A stretch of DNA of 64,000 bases from Micavibrio sp. (GCA_026989265.1 JALSJP010000007.1:34949-98948), one strand, 5' to 3'; numbered from the stretch's first letter, positions 39,108 through 50,598 are shown. Numbers and translations: made by a program. The notes: generated by a model not told the origin, from the sequence alone.

Positions 39108-42100
39108 ATGCCAAAAAGAGAAGACATAAAATCCATAGTAATCATAGGCGCAGGCCCTATCGTTATTGGGCAAGCGTGCGAGTTTGATTATTCAGGGACG
39201 CAAGCCTGTAAAGCTCTGCGCGAAGAAGGCTACCGCATTATTCTGATAAATTCTAACCCTGCTACTATCATGACTGACCCTGATATGGCGGACGCTACTT
39301 ATGTTGAGCCGATAACCCCTGCAATTGTTACTAAAATCTTAGAAAAAGAACGCCCCTGCGCTCTGCTCCCTACTATGGGCGGTCAAACTGCCCTTAATAC
39401 AGCACTTGCACTTGACGCTGATGGCACGCTAGATCGCCTTAATATTGAGCTTATAGGCGCAAAAGCTGATGTTATCGACAAGGCAGAAGATCGCGAGAAA
39501 TTCAAAGCCTGCATGGAAGAACTGGGGCTAGAATCCGCGCGCGCTCAAACTGTCCATAATATGGAAGAAGCATGGGAAGCTCTTGATATAACTGGTCTTC
39601 CTGCAATTATGCGCCCATCATTTACTATGGGCGGAACTGGCGGAGGTATTGCTTATAACCGCGAAGATTATGAGCGCATTATCCGCGCTGGTCTTCACGC
39701 ATCCCCCACTACGGAAGTTTTAGTAGACGAATCCCTCCTTGGCTGGAAAGAATATGAGATGGAGGTTGTGCGCGATAAAAATGATAATTGCATAATTATT
39801 TGCTCTATTGAAAATATTGACCCTATGGGCGTGCATACTGGAGATTCCATTACCGTTGCCCCTGCACTTACCTTGAGCGATAAAGAATATCAAATCATGC
39901 GTGATGCTTCGCTAAAGGTTTTGCGCGGCATTGGCGTTGAGACTGGCGGCTCTAACGTACAGTTTGCAGTTAACCCCGAAGATGGGCGCATGGTTGTAAT
40001 TGAGATGAACCCGCGTGTTTCACGCTCTTCCGCTCTTGCATCTAAAGCCACGGGCTTTCCCATTGCTAAAATCGCGGCAAAACTTGCGGTCGGCTATACA
40101 TTAGATGAGCTGGATAACGATATAACAGGCGGTAAAACCCCCGCTAGCTTTGAGCCAAGCATAGACTACATAGTTACAAAAGTTCCGCGCTTTGCCTTTG
40201 AGAAGTTCAAAGGAAGTGACGCACATCTTAGTACTGCTATGAAATCAGTTGGCGAAGCAATGTCAATTGGGCGTAATTTCGAAGAATCTCTGCAAAAATC
40301 CATGAGATCACTTGAAAAAGGTCTAACAGGTTTAAGCCCTATCTATATTGAAAATGATGATGAAGATGTTCTGCGTGCTGCCATTGCAAAACCAACTCCT
40401 CAACGAATTTTATATATTGCACAAGGCTTCCGCCATGGTTTTTCACTAAAAGAAATCCAAAACATTTCCAAATATGACCCGTGGTTTTTAGAGCGCATTA
40501 AAAACATCACTGACATGGAAAAAAGCATAATTGATAATGGACTGCCCGTTGATGCGCAAGGCTGGATGAGCGTAAAACGCCTAGGCTTTTCCGATGCACA
40601 GCTCGCCGATATTGTTAATGTATCAGAGCAAAGCGTCCGCAAAGCGCGCCTCTCTCATAATATTAAGCCCGTATATAAACGCGTAGATAGCTGCGCCGCC
40701 GAAATTCCGTCCGAAACCCCTTATATGTATTCAACTTACGAAGGAAACGGACTTGAGCCAGCGGAAGATGAATGCAACCCCACGGCAAATGAGAAAATTA
40801 TCATACTTGGCGGTGGGCCAAACCGTATTGGGCAAGGCATAGAATTTGATTATTGCTGCGTTCATGCCGCTTACGCACTTAAAGAAGCTGGTTATGAGAC
40901 AATTATGGTCAATTGTAATCCAGAAACAGTCTCCACCGATTACGACACTTCGGATCGCCTGTATTTTGAGCCGCTCACCGAGGAAGACGTGATCGAGCTG
41001 ATAAAAGCAGAGCAGCAAAATGGCACAGTTAAAGGCGTGATAGTGCAGCTTGGCGGGCAAACTCCACTTAAACTCGCGCAAACATTGCTAGATCATGATA
41101 TTCCAATCCTTGGGACTGATCCTGATGCTATTGACTTGGCAGAAGACCGCGAGAGATTCCAGCAATTAATTATGGATTTAGACCTAAGACAGCCGCCAAA
41201 CGGGCTAGCCCGCACCAAAGAAGAAGCAATAGACATGGCAGAGGGCATAGGCTTTCCGCTTGTTATCCGCCCATCATACGTTCTTGGCGGGCAAGGCATG
41301 GAAATCGTCCATACTATGTCAGAGCTAGAGCGTTATATCAGCACCGCCGTAAAAGTATCAGGCACTAGCCCCGTATTGCTTGATCGCTACCTCAAAAGCG
41401 CGATAGAGCTTGATGTTGACGCTCTATGTGATGGTGAAGACGTGTACGTGTCTGGCATTATGGAGCATATCGAAGAAGCAGGCATTCATTCAGGCGATAG
41501 CGCATGCGTACTTCCTCCGCATTCCTTATCCAAGGAAGTAATAAAAGAGATAAACGCCCAAACGATAAAGCTTGCAAAAGCGTTGAATGTCAAAGGCTTA
41601 ATGAACGTACAGTTCGCTGTACGTAAACATGATGATAACGGCGAAGATGAGATTTATATCATCGAAGTAAATCCAAGGGCATCGCGCACAGTTCCCTTTG
41701 TTGCCAAAGCCACTGGCATTCCCGTTGCTAAAATCGCAGCTCGTATTATGGCAGGCGAAAAATTAGCGGCGTTTTCTGATATCCTAACAGGAATGAATAA
41801 TGATCATTACGCCGTAAAAGCCCCCGTATTCCCGTTTAATAAATTTTCAGGCGTTGATCCGCTGCTAGGGCCTGAGATGAAATCTACTGGTGAGGTTATC
41901 GGGCTTGATAAAGATTTAGCGCATGCCATGGCAAAGGCTCAACTTGGCGCAGGCGTTGATCTTCCAACTAGTGGCACAGTCTTTATGTCTGTAAAGGATG
42001 AGGATAAGCCAGCTCTTCTATCTATTGCTAAAGACCTGATAGATATAGGCTTTGACATCGTATCAACTGGCGGTACGTGTAAATTCCTGCAAGATAATGG

Positions 42101-42392
42101 CATAAATGCCAAGCGCATAAATAAAGTCATGGAAGGGCAACCCCATGTCATTGATGTTATAATTAACGGTGAAATTGATCTTGTTATAAACACCACGACC
42201 AAAAGCTCACAAGCCGTATCGGATAGCTCATCAATCAGGCGTATGGCACTAATGAATAAGATACCATATTACACGCTTATAACTGCCGCCACCGCCACAG
42301 TTAGCGCGATTAGAGCTTTGAAAGACCGTGATTTAGATGTATTCCCACTACAAAGTTATTTTGATAATAAGGGAAAGAGCAAGGCAGCTTAA
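39108..42392 (+). CDS. carB: Carbamoyl-phosphate synthase large subunit
   Basis: 1094 aa with duplicated ATP-grasp halves ([22 protein letters not shown] / [22 protein letters not shown]) and a C-terminal MGS-like domain. Confidence 0.97.
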   Translation: MPKREDIKSIVIIGAGPIVIGQACEFDYSGTQACKALREEGYRIILINSNPATIMTDPDMADATYVEPITPAIVTKILEKERPCALLPTMGGQTALNTALALDADGTLDRLNIELIGAKADVIDKAEDREKFKACMEELGLESARAQTVHNMEEAWEALDITGLPAIMRPSFTMGGTGGGIAYNREDYERIIRAGLHASPTTEVLVDESLLGWKEYEMEVVRDKNDNCIIICSIENIDPMGVHTGDSITVAPALTLSDKEYQIMRDASLKVLRGIGVETGGSNVQFAVNPEDGRMVVIEMNPRVSRSSALASKATGFPIAKIAAKLAVGYTLDELDNDITGGKTPASFEPSIDYIVTKVPRFAFEKFKGSDAHLSTAMKSVGEAMSIGRNFEESLQKSMRSLEKGLTGLSPIYIENDDEDVLRAAIAKPTPQRILYIAQGFRHGFSLKEIQNISKYDPWFLERIKNITDMEKSIIDNGLPVDAQGWMSVKRLGFSDAQLADIVNVSEQSVRKARLSHNIKPVYKRVDSCAAEIPSETPYMYSTYEGNGLEPAEDECNPTANEKIIILGGGPNRIGQGIEFDYCCVHAAYALKEAGYETIMVNCNPETVSTDYDTSDRLYFEPLTEEDVIELIKAEQQNGTVKGVIVQLGGQTPLKLAQTLLDHDIPILGTDPDAIDLAEDRERFQQLIMDLDLRQPPNGLARTKEEAIDMAEGIGFPLVIRPSYVLGGQGMEIVHTMSELERYISTAVKVSGTSPVLLDRYLKSAIELDVDALCDGEDVYVSGIMEHIEEAGIHSGDSACVLPPHSLSKEVIKEINAQTIKLAKALNVKGLMNVQFAVRKHDDNGEDEIYIIEVNPRASRTVPFVAKATGIPVAKIAARIMAGEKLAAFSDILTGMNNDHYAVKAPVFPFNKFSGVDPLLGPEMKSTGEVIGLDKDLAHAMAKAQLGAGVDLPTSGTVFMSVKDEDKPALLSIAKDLIDIGFDIVSTGGTCKFLQDNGINAKRINKVMEGQPHVIDVIINGEIDLVINTTTKSSQAVSDSSSIRRMALMNKIPYYTLITAATATVSAIRALKDRDLDVFPLQSYFDNKGKSKAA

Positions 42393-42443
42393 CGATCTTA
42401 TCTTGACGTTATTTCAAGATTAAGCTAGCCTAATATCAATAAT

Positions 42444-42472
42444 CCCGCCCTTTGTGAGCGGGTTTTGTTTTT
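42444..42472 (+). terminator. Rho-independent terminator after carB
   Basis: CCCGC / GCGGG stem with a 9-nt loop, followed by TTTTGTTTTT. Confidence 0.7.
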
Positions 42473-42489
42473 AAATAAAGGAATTAAAG

Positions 42490-42963
42490 ATGGATCAAGT
42501 ACCTGTAACAAAAATTGGATTTGAGGCTTTGAGCGCAGAGCTGCTTGAATTTAAATCGGTAAAACGCCCTGAAGTCATTAAAAATATTGCAACGGCGCGT
42601 GAGCATGGCGATCTTAAAGAAAATGCGGAATATCACGCCGCGAAAGAACAGCAAAGCTTTATCGAAGGGCGCATACAAGAGCTTGAATTTGTAATTGGAA
42701 AAGCTCTAGTTATTGACCCTATCGAACTTAACGGTGACACGGTTAAATTTGGCGCAACGGTTACTATTATTGATGAGGAAACCGAAGAAAAGCATATATA
42801 TCAAATAGTTGGTGATTATGAGTCTGATACAGATAAAGGCAAGCTTTCAATAAGTGCGCCAGTTGCCCGCGCCCTGATTGGCAAATCAGTTGGCGACAGC
42901 GTCACAGTAAGAACCCCAAAAGGCTCTTGTGATTACGAAATATTGGAAGTCAACTTTAAATAA
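42490..42963 (+). CDS. greA: Transcription elongation factor GreA
   Basis: [16 protein letters not shown] motif, 157 aa, and the carB-greA order. Confidence 0.95.
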   Translation: MDQVPVTKIGFEALSAELLEFKSVKRPEVIKNIATAREHGDLKENAEYHAAKEQQSFIEGRIQELEFVIGKALVIDPIELNGDTVKFGATVTIIDEETEEKHIYQIVGDYESDTDKGKLSISAPVARALIGKSVGDSVTVRTPKGSCDYEILEVNFK

Positions 42964-43240
42964 GTGCATTTAAGCGGGATTTATCACCTGATAAAACTGC
43001 TTCATTATCACTAGATAGTCGCTCTGACACTTGGCGTGCGGCACTTTCCGCCTTTGTAAGGCTAAGGGCTTCTTCGGAAATAGCAACCTTATCAACAATA
43101 ACAGTATTTTTAGTGTCTGCTTCTTCGTGTTGCTTTTCAACTTTACGAACCTGAGCAACATTTTGAACCTGCCCCAAAGGATTAATTTTATCAACCATTT
43201 CATTTATGCTCCCAATAATTACCCTATGAACATTATACAT
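42956..43240 (-). CDS. Small hypothetical protein (weak FlgM-like DKVAISEEA motif)
   Basis: 94-aa ORF convergent with greA, overlapping its stop by 8 nt. Only a short FlgM-like segment is seen, and the coding status is uncertain. Confidence 0.3.
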   Translation of the reverse strand: MYNVHRVIIGSINEMVDKINPLGQVQNVAQVRKVEKQHEEADTKNTVIVDKVAISEEALSLTKAESAARQVSERLSSDNEAVLSGDKSRLNALI

Positions 43241-43339
43241 TAATATTATGGGGTTTTCACTATTTTTCTACATATCCTAGTAATCATCCCTTTCATCTTT
43301 TATAAGAATCGCTATTATAACAAGCATAATATAGGAGAT

Positions 43340-43942
43340 ATGATAATGAGTTTTGAGCTACCCAACCTTCCCTTTGCCTATGACGCGCTAGAGCCTCATA
43401 TGTCAAAAGAAACATTGGAATTCCATCATGATAAGCACCATAATGCGTATGTTGTTAATGGTAATAAGGCATTCGAAGGACTTCCCAATATGGGAGAGAC
43501 TTTGGAAGATGTGGTCTTAAACGCCCATAAACAAGGTAAGACGGCACTTTATAATAACGCTGGACAACATTGGAATCACACGTTTTTTTGGAACTCACTA
43601 TCGCCAAATGGCGGCAGCGTTCCTAGCGGCGAGCTAGCTAGCGCAATAAATGATAGCTTCGGTTCATTTGCAAAATTCCGTGAAGCATTTATTCAAGGCG
43701 GACTTACGCAATTTGGATCTGGCTGGGTTTGGCTTGTTAAAAATTCTGATGGTAAGCTGGAAATCACTAAAACTGCAAATGCAGATAGCCCGCTAACCAG
43801 CGGTCAAACGGCACTGCTTGTTTGCGATGTGTGGGAGCATGCTTACTATATTGATTATCGCAATGCTCGCCCTAAATTTTTGGAAGTATTTATAGATCAG
43901 CTTGCTAACTGGGAGTTTGCAGCGAGTAATTACGTAAAATAG
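43340..43942 (+). CDS. sodB: Fe/Mn superoxide dismutase (Fe type likely)
   Basis: LPNLPFAYDALEPH, FHHDKHH, AGQHWNH and DVWEHAYYIDYRN. The start is either ATG 43340 or 43346. Confidence 0.93.
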   Translation: MIMSFELPNLPFAYDALEPHMSKETLEFHHDKHHNAYVVNGNKAFEGLPNMGETLEDVVLNAHKQGKTALYNNAGQHWNHTFFWNSLSPNGGSVPSGELASAINDSFGSFAKFREAFIQGGLTQFGSGWVWLVKNSDGKLEITKTANADSPLTSGQTALLVCDVWEHAYYIDYRNARPKFLEVFIDQLANWEFAASNYVK

Positions 43943-43949
43943 ATTAAGC

Positions 43950-45374
43950 TTACCGTGCGGGCGCACCTATATTAGAGCAATCAAGTGCTTTATAGGCTGG
44001 ATTTTCAAGCAGGATTTCGCATGCGGCGGTAAGCTGCTCTTGCGAAGCTCCGCCCTGCGCTGCTTTGTCAAATTTATCACGTATATGCGCCAGTCCCGCG
44101 TCAATACCGCTTTGCTCCATTTCAGGAAGGCGAGATTTCAGCATGTCAGGGATACCATCAAATGCATTTTGCATCATCGCGCGCACTTTATCAGGTGATA
44201 TGGCATCATTTATATCATCATTGGCAGATTTTGCAGCGTCGCCTATAGAAGATTTAACCTCATTGCGAAGCTCTTGCTTCTCATTATCAGTTAGAGAATT
44301 TGGATCAAGCCCTTGGCTCTCCATTGCTTTTTCAAGCGCATCTAAGGTAATTCCCGCTTGCATAGCGCTCACAGCAGCCCGCGCCTCATCAAGCATTGGC
44401 GCGATATTTTCCATGCGCCCCTTGAAATCATCCATTGCATCATCAATAGAAACAGGCTCTGACATTGGCTCAGCGGGCGCAGGAGGAATAAATTTTGCAG
44501 CAGGATTAGTCTCAACTTTCCGAAGTGCTTTCCGAGCTACCTTCATATCAGTGCTGCCATTTGCGTATTCAGCCAATATGTCCGCATGACCATCAAGCCC
44601 GCGTTCGCGTAACCCCGCAATAGCCTTGGTTGTTTCAGACGCAAAAAGCGTCTCATTACGGCGAGTGCCATGCAAATATTTCAAAACGCCATTAGATATT
44701 ACTCTGTTTAACTGGCTATCCGCTGCCCCGCTTTCCATTTTATCATCAAGCTTATCTAAATGCGCATCAAGCTTGCTGGCTTTTACGGGCGTGACTTGCG
44801 CGGCTTTATTGTTAAATTCTTCCCTCGGAGGTAGTGACGCTTGGTGAGCTGCAATTGCTTCCATAGCCGCAGCGTAATCAGCTTCCACCATGGCATTAAC
44901 ATCAATGTCCGCGCCTTGGCTTATAGCGTTTTGCCTGCCCTGCAAGCCTGTCTCAAAGCTGATATTTTGAACATCCTCAACGATAGTACCATTTACAATA
45001 ACAATATCAGGGGAGTAATTGCCACCATCCGCAGCAATAAGGTAGCTGGTAGCTTCATTAACTTCACCAGCCACAAAGTTTTCTGCAAAAACATTATTGC
45101 CTAGATGCGTGCTTGGTCTAGAGGAATAAATATTATCGACTTGATGCCTATTGAGTAGTACAATATCAGTGAATACCCCATCATCGCCGCGCTTTAACCA
45201 TGCGGAATAGTTTTGATCGCCAACCTTTGTGATTAAAGACTTACCATCCTTGCCATCTAATGGATAATAAGGATAATCCGCAGGATAGGTCTTTGGGACA
45301 TCGCCGCGCTGCTCCGCAACTATTTCTGTAATATGCTGCGAGAGCGCATTTGCATCATTATAAACATCACCCAT
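43950..45374 (-). CDS. Hypothetical protein (orphan, 474 aa, acidic/Ala-rich, no signal peptide or TM)
   Basis: Long uninterrupted ORF ending 7 nt from the convergent sodB stop. No family motif recognised. Confidence 0.6.
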   Translation of the reverse strand: MGDVYNDANALSQHITEIVAEQRGDVPKTYPADYPYYPLDGKDGKSLITKVGDQNYSAWLKRGDDGVFTDIVLLNRHQVDNIYSSRPSTHLGNNVFAENFVAGEVNEATSYLIAADGGNYSPDIVIVNGTIVEDVQNISFETGLQGRQNAISQGADIDVNAMVEADYAAAMEAIAAHQASLPPREEFNNKAAQVTPVKASKLDAHLDKLDDKMESGAADSQLNRVISNGVLKYLHGTRRNETLFASETTKAIAGLRERGLDGHADILAEYANGSTDMKVARKALRKVETNPAAKFIPPAPAEPMSEPVSIDDAMDDFKGRMENIAPMLDEARAAVSAMQAGITLDALEKAMESQGLDPNSLTDNEKQELRNEVKSSIGDAAKSANDDINDAISPDKVRAMMQNAFDGIPDMLKSRLPEMEQSGIDAGLAHIRDKFDKAAQGGASQEQLTAACEILLENPAYKALDCSNIGAPAR

Positions 45375-45439
45375 AAAAAACCTTAGCTTTATTTCTTAAT
45401 TTGAGTTAATGCTACCACAAACTATACATAATTTCAATG

Positions 45440-45823
45440 TCATTCCAATAAAAGAGCGCAGGCAACGCGCCGCCCCTCTGCCATAAGGACATTATATGTC
45501 CTGCAAGCCGCGCCAGTTGGCATTATATCAATGCTTAAGCCTGCATTCTTAAGGTTTAACTTTAACTCTTGCGGCATGAATACCATGTTTTTGCCACAGC
45601 CAAGCAAAATAACATCTATTTCATTTGAGTTTTCTATCAGATAAGAGAAATGCGCTATTTCAAGCTCCGAGACATCAGTAATATTGCCAATATCCCATAT
45701 ATGGGTTTTATCAGGCGTTACGATTATTGCATGCTCGTACGAAATTCCGCTTACCTTAAACACGCCTCCTGCATAGGAGACTATAACTTGCTGGTCACTG
45801 CGAATTAGCGGCGTTATATCCAT
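45440..45823 (-). CDS. Mth938/NDUFAF3-like (DUF498) domain protein
   Basis: 127 aa with DVILLGCGKNMVFMP and MPTGAACRTYNVLMAEGRRVACALL blocks. Confidence 0.75.
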   Translation of the reverse strand: MDITPLIRSDQQVIVSYAGGVFKVSGISYEHAIIVTPDKTHIWDIGNITDVSELEIAHFSYLIENSNEIDVILLGCGKNMVFMPQELKLNLKNAGLSIDIMPTGAACRTYNVLMAEGRRVACALLLE

Positions 45824-45824
45824 A

Positions 45825-46811
45825 TTAATCTTCGGCTATAACTTCGGGATCACCAGCCGCAGGAGCTTTATCCGATGGTTTTGCGCCGCGTCGTATATTC
45901 ATAAACATTAAAATAGGCGATGCCACAAATATAGATGAGTAAGTACCGATTAAAATACCAAATATAAGCGCATAGACAAAGCCACGAATAACCTCTCCGC
46001 CAAATATGTAGAGCGCCATCAAAGCAAGCAGCGTTGTTACGGAAGTTATCAAAGTTCTTGATAATGTCTGATTTACAGATAAGTTAAGCAGCTCGCCCAA
46101 GGGTTTTTTCTTATATTTACGCAAATTCTCACGTATGCGGTCAAATACAACAACAGTATCATTGATGGAATAGCCCGCAATCATCAAGATAGCCGCCACA
46201 GTTGATAGGTTAAATTCCATCTGAGTAATTGCAAACAGCCCTATTGTAGCAATAGCATCATGAGCCAGCGCAATCACCGCAGCAATGCCAAATTGCCACT
46301 CAAAACGAAACCATACATATGTAAGTATGCCTAAAAGCGAGAATATAATAGCGTATAGCCCTTTGAGTTTAAGCTCCTCACCCACTTGAGGCCCAACAAA
46401 TTCGATGCGGCGATAATCAACTTTTTTATCTTCATATACCGCATCCAAAGCAGTGCGCACCGCCGTTATAGCCGCCTCGCTAGGGTCAATATCGCCCTTT
46501 TGCCAGCCTTCAGGTTTTTTTTGCTCTGGCAAGCGGATAAGCAAATCATCAACTTGTCCGAACTCTTGAATAGAGATAGAGCCAAGCCCAAGATTATTTA
46601 ACGTCCCGCGCAACCCTTCAAGATCAGGAATAACGGGTGTACGCACCTCAATCATAGTGCCGCCTGTAAAATCTATCCCTAAATTCAAGCCTTTTTGAGC
46701 CGTAATGCCAATCGCACCCAGTATTATTATGGCAGAAAATATAAAGGCAATAGTGCGAAAGCCGATAAAGTTTATATTACTATTTTGAGGGATATATCTT
46801 AATCCACGCAT
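45825..46811 (-). CDS. secF: Protein translocase subunit SecF
   Basis: GIDFTGGT block, SecDF transmembrane core (YSINDTVVVFDRIREN) and the secD-secF order. Confidence 0.93.
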   Translation of the reverse strand: MRGLRYIPQNSNINFIGFRTIAFIFSAIIILGAIGITAQKGLNLGIDFTGGTMIEVRTPVIPDLEGLRGTLNNLGLGSISIQEFGQVDDLLIRLPEQKKPEGWQKGDIDPSEAAITAVRTALDAVYEDKKVDYRRIEFVGPQVGEELKLKGLYAIIFSLLGILTYVWFRFEWQFGIAAVIALAHDAIATIGLFAITQMEFNLSTVAAILMIAGYSINDTVVVFDRIRENLRKYKKKPLGELLNLSVNQTLSRTLITSVTTLLALMALYIFGGEVIRGFVYALIFGILIGTYSSIFVASPILMFMNIRRGAKPSDKAPAAGDPEVIAED

Positions 46812-46829
46812 ATTATTATCCTAACACCT

Positions 46830-48383
46830 CTAAATTGGAATAGTTTTAGGGTTGGTTTTCTTAATCCATAAAACAACCATTAGCCTAGTAACCATAATAG
46901 CCGAGAAAAACGACGTAACAATCCCTATCCCGAGCGTTACAGAAAAGCCTTTAATCGGCCCTGTGCCAAATGCAAATAGGATAATAGCAGCAATCAAAGT
47001 TGTAAGATTGGAGTCAATAATAGTTCCCATAGCCCGCGAATATCCAGCGTCAATAGATGATATAGCCGAACGCCCATTTGCGTATTCCTCGCGTATGCGC
47101 TCAAATATCAAAACATTTGCATCAACTGCCATTCCAACGGTAAGCACAATTCCTGCAATGCCGGGCAGTGTTAGCGTTGCTTGCAAACTAGAGAGCAGAG
47201 CAAGAATAAGCGCAACATTAGCTACCAAAGCAACATTAGCCATTAAGCCAAAGCTGCCATAGCTTATGAACATAAAGATAAGCACAAGAGCCAAGCCAAT
47301 TAGGCTAGCGATTTTACCAGCAGCAACGCTGTCCGCGCCAAGTGAGGGACCTACTGTGCGTTCCTCCACCACCTCCATATCAGCAGGAAGTGCGCCCGCA
47401 CGAAGTAATAACGATAAGTCCGCGGCTTCCTTAACGTCAAAGCCGCCAGATATTTGCCCACTACCGCCGCATATAGCTTCGTTAATAACAGGAGCGCTTA
47501 TAATTTCATTATCAAGAACAATAGCAAAAGGCTTGTTCACATTTTTGCGCGTAACAGAGCAGAATTTACGCGCCCCAACAGCATTAAGGCGAAAGCTAAC
47601 TACTGGTTGTCCGCTTTGATTAAATGAAGGCTGCGCGTTATCAAGCATATCACCCGTAATAATAGCGCGCTTTTCTATGCTCATTTTGCGCATAGGATCA
47701 TCCGCATAAGGAAGGGATATATCGGTGTAACGCTTACGCTCTACCGCTCCTGCCAAATGAAAGCCAAGCTGCGCTGTTTTACCAACTAACCTGCGAAGCT
47801 CCGACGAATCCGCGCCTGGAACTTGTATAATAACGCGTGCCACCCCTTGACGCGCAATAACTGGCTCTGTCGTGCCAAGCTCATCAATACGCCTGCGCAC
47901 AACCTCAATAACTTGTGATATGGTTTGATCTTGTACTTCCTTAATGTAAGCCGCGTCCATCGTAACGTTAAAGCCAAGACCATCAGCATCCATGTCTATT
48001 ATGAGGCGAGTATCACTCTTGCGGATCATTGCTTTAAGCGTTTTTGCATCTTCTGGCGCACTTAATGAAACATGCACCCCGCGCTCTATCACACTGGTTT
48101 TTATTTTTGATAATTTCTTTTCTTTTGCAAAGGATTTGAAATCATCCGCAAGCATTTCCGCGCGTTCATGAAACACATTATTGATATCAACTTCATAAAG
48201 CAAATGCGCCCCGCCGCGCAGATCAAGCCCAAGATTAACCGTTTTCTTTGGCGCCCAACTAGGCAGGGAATTCTGCATCCATTGGTAAGTATTTGCACCA
48301 ACCATGTTTGGCGAGCTATATGCAAAGCCATAAATACATACGGCTAATATAAGGAAAATTTTCCAGCGTGGGATTTGTATCAT
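46830..48383 (-). CDS. secD: Protein translocase subunit SecD
   Basis: LGLDLRGGAHLLYEV, periplasmic P1 domain and GMAVDANVLIFERIREE. Confidence 0.93.
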   Translation of the reverse strand: MIQIPRWKIFLILAVCIYGFAYSSPNMVGANTYQWMQNSLPSWAPKKTVNLGLDLRGGAHLLYEVDINNVFHERAEMLADDFKSFAKEKKLSKIKTSVIERGVHVSLSAPEDAKTLKAMIRKSDTRLIIDMDADGLGFNVTMDAAYIKEVQDQTISQVIEVVRRRIDELGTTEPVIARQGVARVIIQVPGADSSELRRLVGKTAQLGFHLAGAVERKRYTDISLPYADDPMRKMSIEKRAIITGDMLDNAQPSFNQSGQPVVSFRLNAVGARKFCSVTRKNVNKPFAIVLDNEIISAPVINEAICGGSGQISGGFDVKEAADLSLLLRAGALPADMEVVEERTVGPSLGADSVAAGKIASLIGLALVLIFMFISYGSFGLMANVALVANVALILALLSSLQATLTLPGIAGIVLTVGMAVDANVLIFERIREEYANGRSAISSIDAGYSRAMGTIIDSNLTTLIAAIILFAFGTGPIKGFSVTLGIGIVTSFFSAIMVTRLMVVLWIKKTNPKTIPI

Positions 48384-48389
48384 AGTAAG

Positions 48390-48872
48390 CTACGCTTTTT
48401 CGCTATCTTTTTTAATGGCTTTTTTACTGTCTTTTTCAGAAGATTTTTTAGGAGATTTTTTACTGGTTTTTTTAGCTTTAGGCTCATCTTTCTTAGAATC
48501 TTTTTCATCCTTGGATACTGCTTTGGGCTTAAGCTCTGTCTTGCTTTGTATCATAGAGCGAAGCGCGGTAACTTTCACGCTATTACCAAGGTCAATAAGC
48601 ACTTCCTTATCATCAATCACCTTATCAATTTTACCCACAAGACCGCCACCAGTTATAACACGATCACCTTTTTTAAGATCGGACAGCATGTTGCTATGCT
48701 CTTTAAAGCGGCGCTGTTGTGGCATTATAAGAAGCAGATAAAACAAGCCAACCAAAACAATAACCAGCCCCATATTCATAATAAAGGCATCCATGGGAGA
48801 CGGCGCGTTCGCCAAATCAACAATTTCACTACTTGCATCTGACATTTGTGCATAGGCTTTAGAAATAAGCAT
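48390..48872 (-). CDS. yajC: Preprotein translocase subunit YajC with Lys-rich C-terminal tail
   Basis: MPQQRRFKEH...LKKGDRVITGGGLVGKI core, directly upstream of secD. Confidence 0.88.
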   Translation of the reverse strand: MLISKAYAQMSDASSEIVDLANAPSPMDAFIMNMGLVIVLVGLFYLLLIMPQQRRFKEHSNMLSDLKKGDRVITGGGLVGKIDKVIDDKEVLIDLGNSVKVTALRSMIQSKTELKPKAVSKDEKDSKKDEPKAKKTSKKSPKKSSEKDSKKAIKKDSEKA

Positions 48873-48955
48873 TTTATGCTCCTTAAATTTTAAAAACTAA
48901 ATAATATTTTGGAAATATAAAGATAATCACATTAAAGGCAAGGTCTAACATTACT

Positions 48956-49909
48956 TTACTCCAGATATTTTATCGGATTCATAGCAGAAGTGCCGCGCCT
49001 TACCTCGAAATGAAGCTGAGGCGTTGCAACAGAGCCAGTAGAGCCAACCTTGCCAATTTGCACTCCACGCCGTATAATCTGCCCTTTTTTGACTAATATT
49101 TTATCCAAATGCGCATAGGCGGTCATCCATTGCTTATCATGGCGCACAAGAATCAAATTCCCAGATCCTTTAAGTGCATTTCCAGCATAAACAACTACGC
49201 CATTTTCTGCTGCTTTTACGGACGCACCCCTTGGGGCTGCAATATTTATCCCATCATTATGAAGACCATTTTTCTTAGCCCCATAATTTGATAGAATCTT
49301 TCCGCGCACAGGTCTCATAAACTTAGATGAGGAGCGTTTGGGCGCTCTGCGTTTAACTTTTGAAACATTTATAGATTTAGGTTTCTTATATTTAGAAGGC
49401 TTGCTTTGCGGGACAGGAACGCCGCCCTGCTCGCGACTTCTCACTATAACAGGCTTAGTCCTAGGCTTAGCTTTTTCACGCAAAGCAGAGGGCAAGCGTA
49501 AATTCTGACCTATTCTTAGAATATAGGGAGAATTAAGGTTATTGAGCCGCACAATTTCAGAGCTATTAACTCCGAACATATGTGATATACGATAAAGAGT
49601 ATCGCCCGCTTGCACTCTATATTCTTGCGGCGGCGGGAGGCGCACCCGCTGCCCATCCTTAAGCTTAAACGGCGGGCGCATACGGTTAAGCTCTACAATG
49701 TCACGCATAGGAAGGCGATAACGGTTTGATATACTATAAAGCGTATCGCCGCTAGTCACATTATGAACGCCAGCACTGCCTGCGCCGCTATGTTGTCCAT
49801 AATGCATAACAGGAGCAAGATTTTTCTTGCCCATACCAAAACATGATGTAAGCAATAAAGAAATAGCAATAAGAAAGACCGAACGAATGCTCATAAATGC
49901 ATGATACAC
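48956..49909 (-). CDS. LysM/M23 peptidase lipoprotein (NlpD-like)
   Basis: Lipobox LLTSC, two LysM repeats (VTSGDTLYSISNRY.., VQAGDTLYRISHMF..) and an M23 block (HLDKILVKKGQ...GSTGSVATPQLHFEVR). Confidence 0.88.
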   Translation of the reverse strand: MYHAFMSIRSVFLIAISLLLTSCFGMGKKNLAPVMHYGQHSGAGSAGVHNVTSGDTLYSISNRYRLPMRDIVELNRMRPPFKLKDGQRVRLPPPQEYRVQAGDTLYRISHMFGVNSSEIVRLNNLNSPYILRIGQNLRLPSALREKAKPRTKPVIVRSREQGGVPVPQSKPSKYKKPKSINVSKVKRRAPKRSSSKFMRPVRGKILSNYGAKKNGLHNDGINIAAPRGASVKAAENGVVVYAGNALKGSGNLILVRHDKQWMTAYAHLDKILVKKGQIIRRGVQIGKVGSTGSVATPQLHFEVRRGTSAMNPIKYLE

Positions 49910-49920
49910 ATAATAACAAA

Positions 49921-50598
49921 CTAAATCATGTCATTTTTTTCATTTGAAATATCGGGCAATAGAGGCACAAAGCGCACTGGCAAAACATCACGCACCGAAT
50001 ATGCTTCCTCGCTCTCACGCTTATAAAGCTTAAGCATTTGATTCCCAGACTCACCTACAGGGATAATCATTTTCCCGCCGATTTTAAGCTGGTCAAATAA
50101 TGCTTGCGGTGGTTTGTCTCGCGCGGCGGCGGTTACGATAATCTTATCAAATGGTGCAGGATTAGCTCCATTTATGGTGGGCCAGCCCTTCATTCCATCA
50201 CCTGCAATTGCTGTGATATTGCGCAATTTTAAATTCTCTAAACGCTTCTCCGCATCGACAAGCAAATGCTTGTGCCGCTCTATCGTATAAATGCGGCGCG
50301 CAAGATGGGACAAAACCGCGCATTGATATCCGCAGCCCGTGCCAATTTCCAAAACCATATCACGGTCATTAATTTCTAGTGCTTCACTCATTTTAGCAAC
50401 GACCAATGGCTGACTTATTGTTTGACCAAGCCCGATAGGAAGCGCCATATCCTCCCACGCTTGATCGCTGCTATGAGCAGGCACAAACTCCTCACGCGGC
50501 ACACGCTCAATCGCGCTTAGAACATCGGTATCAATAATTCCCTTAGTTCGTAAATCCATAATAAGGCGAATACGTTTATTTGCAGCTTGAGTGTTCAT
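49921..50598 (-). CDS. pcm: Protein-L-isoaspartate O-methyltransferase
   Basis: GQTISQP and VLEIGTGCGYQCAVL SAM motifs, plus the pcm-nlpD order. Confidence 0.92.
   Translation of the reverse strand: MNTQAANKRIRLIMDLRTKGIIDTDVLSAIERVPREEFVPAHSSDQAWEDMALPIGLGQTISQPLVVAKMSEALEINDRDMVLEIGTGCGYQCAVLSHLARRIYTIERHKHLLVDAEKRLENLKLRNITAIAGDGMKGWPTINGANPAPFDKIIVTAAARDKPPQALFDQLKIGGKMIIPVGESGNQMLKLYKRESEEAYSVRDVLPVRFVPLLPDISNEKNDMI

Noticed and set aside
44065-44589. 174-aa plus-strand ORF antisense to the 474-aa orphan gene.
   Set aside because: It is much shorter than the minus-strand ORF, and its Ser/Ala/Ile-rich composition is typical of the reverse frame of an Ala/Asp/Glu-rich gene. There is no independent start context.
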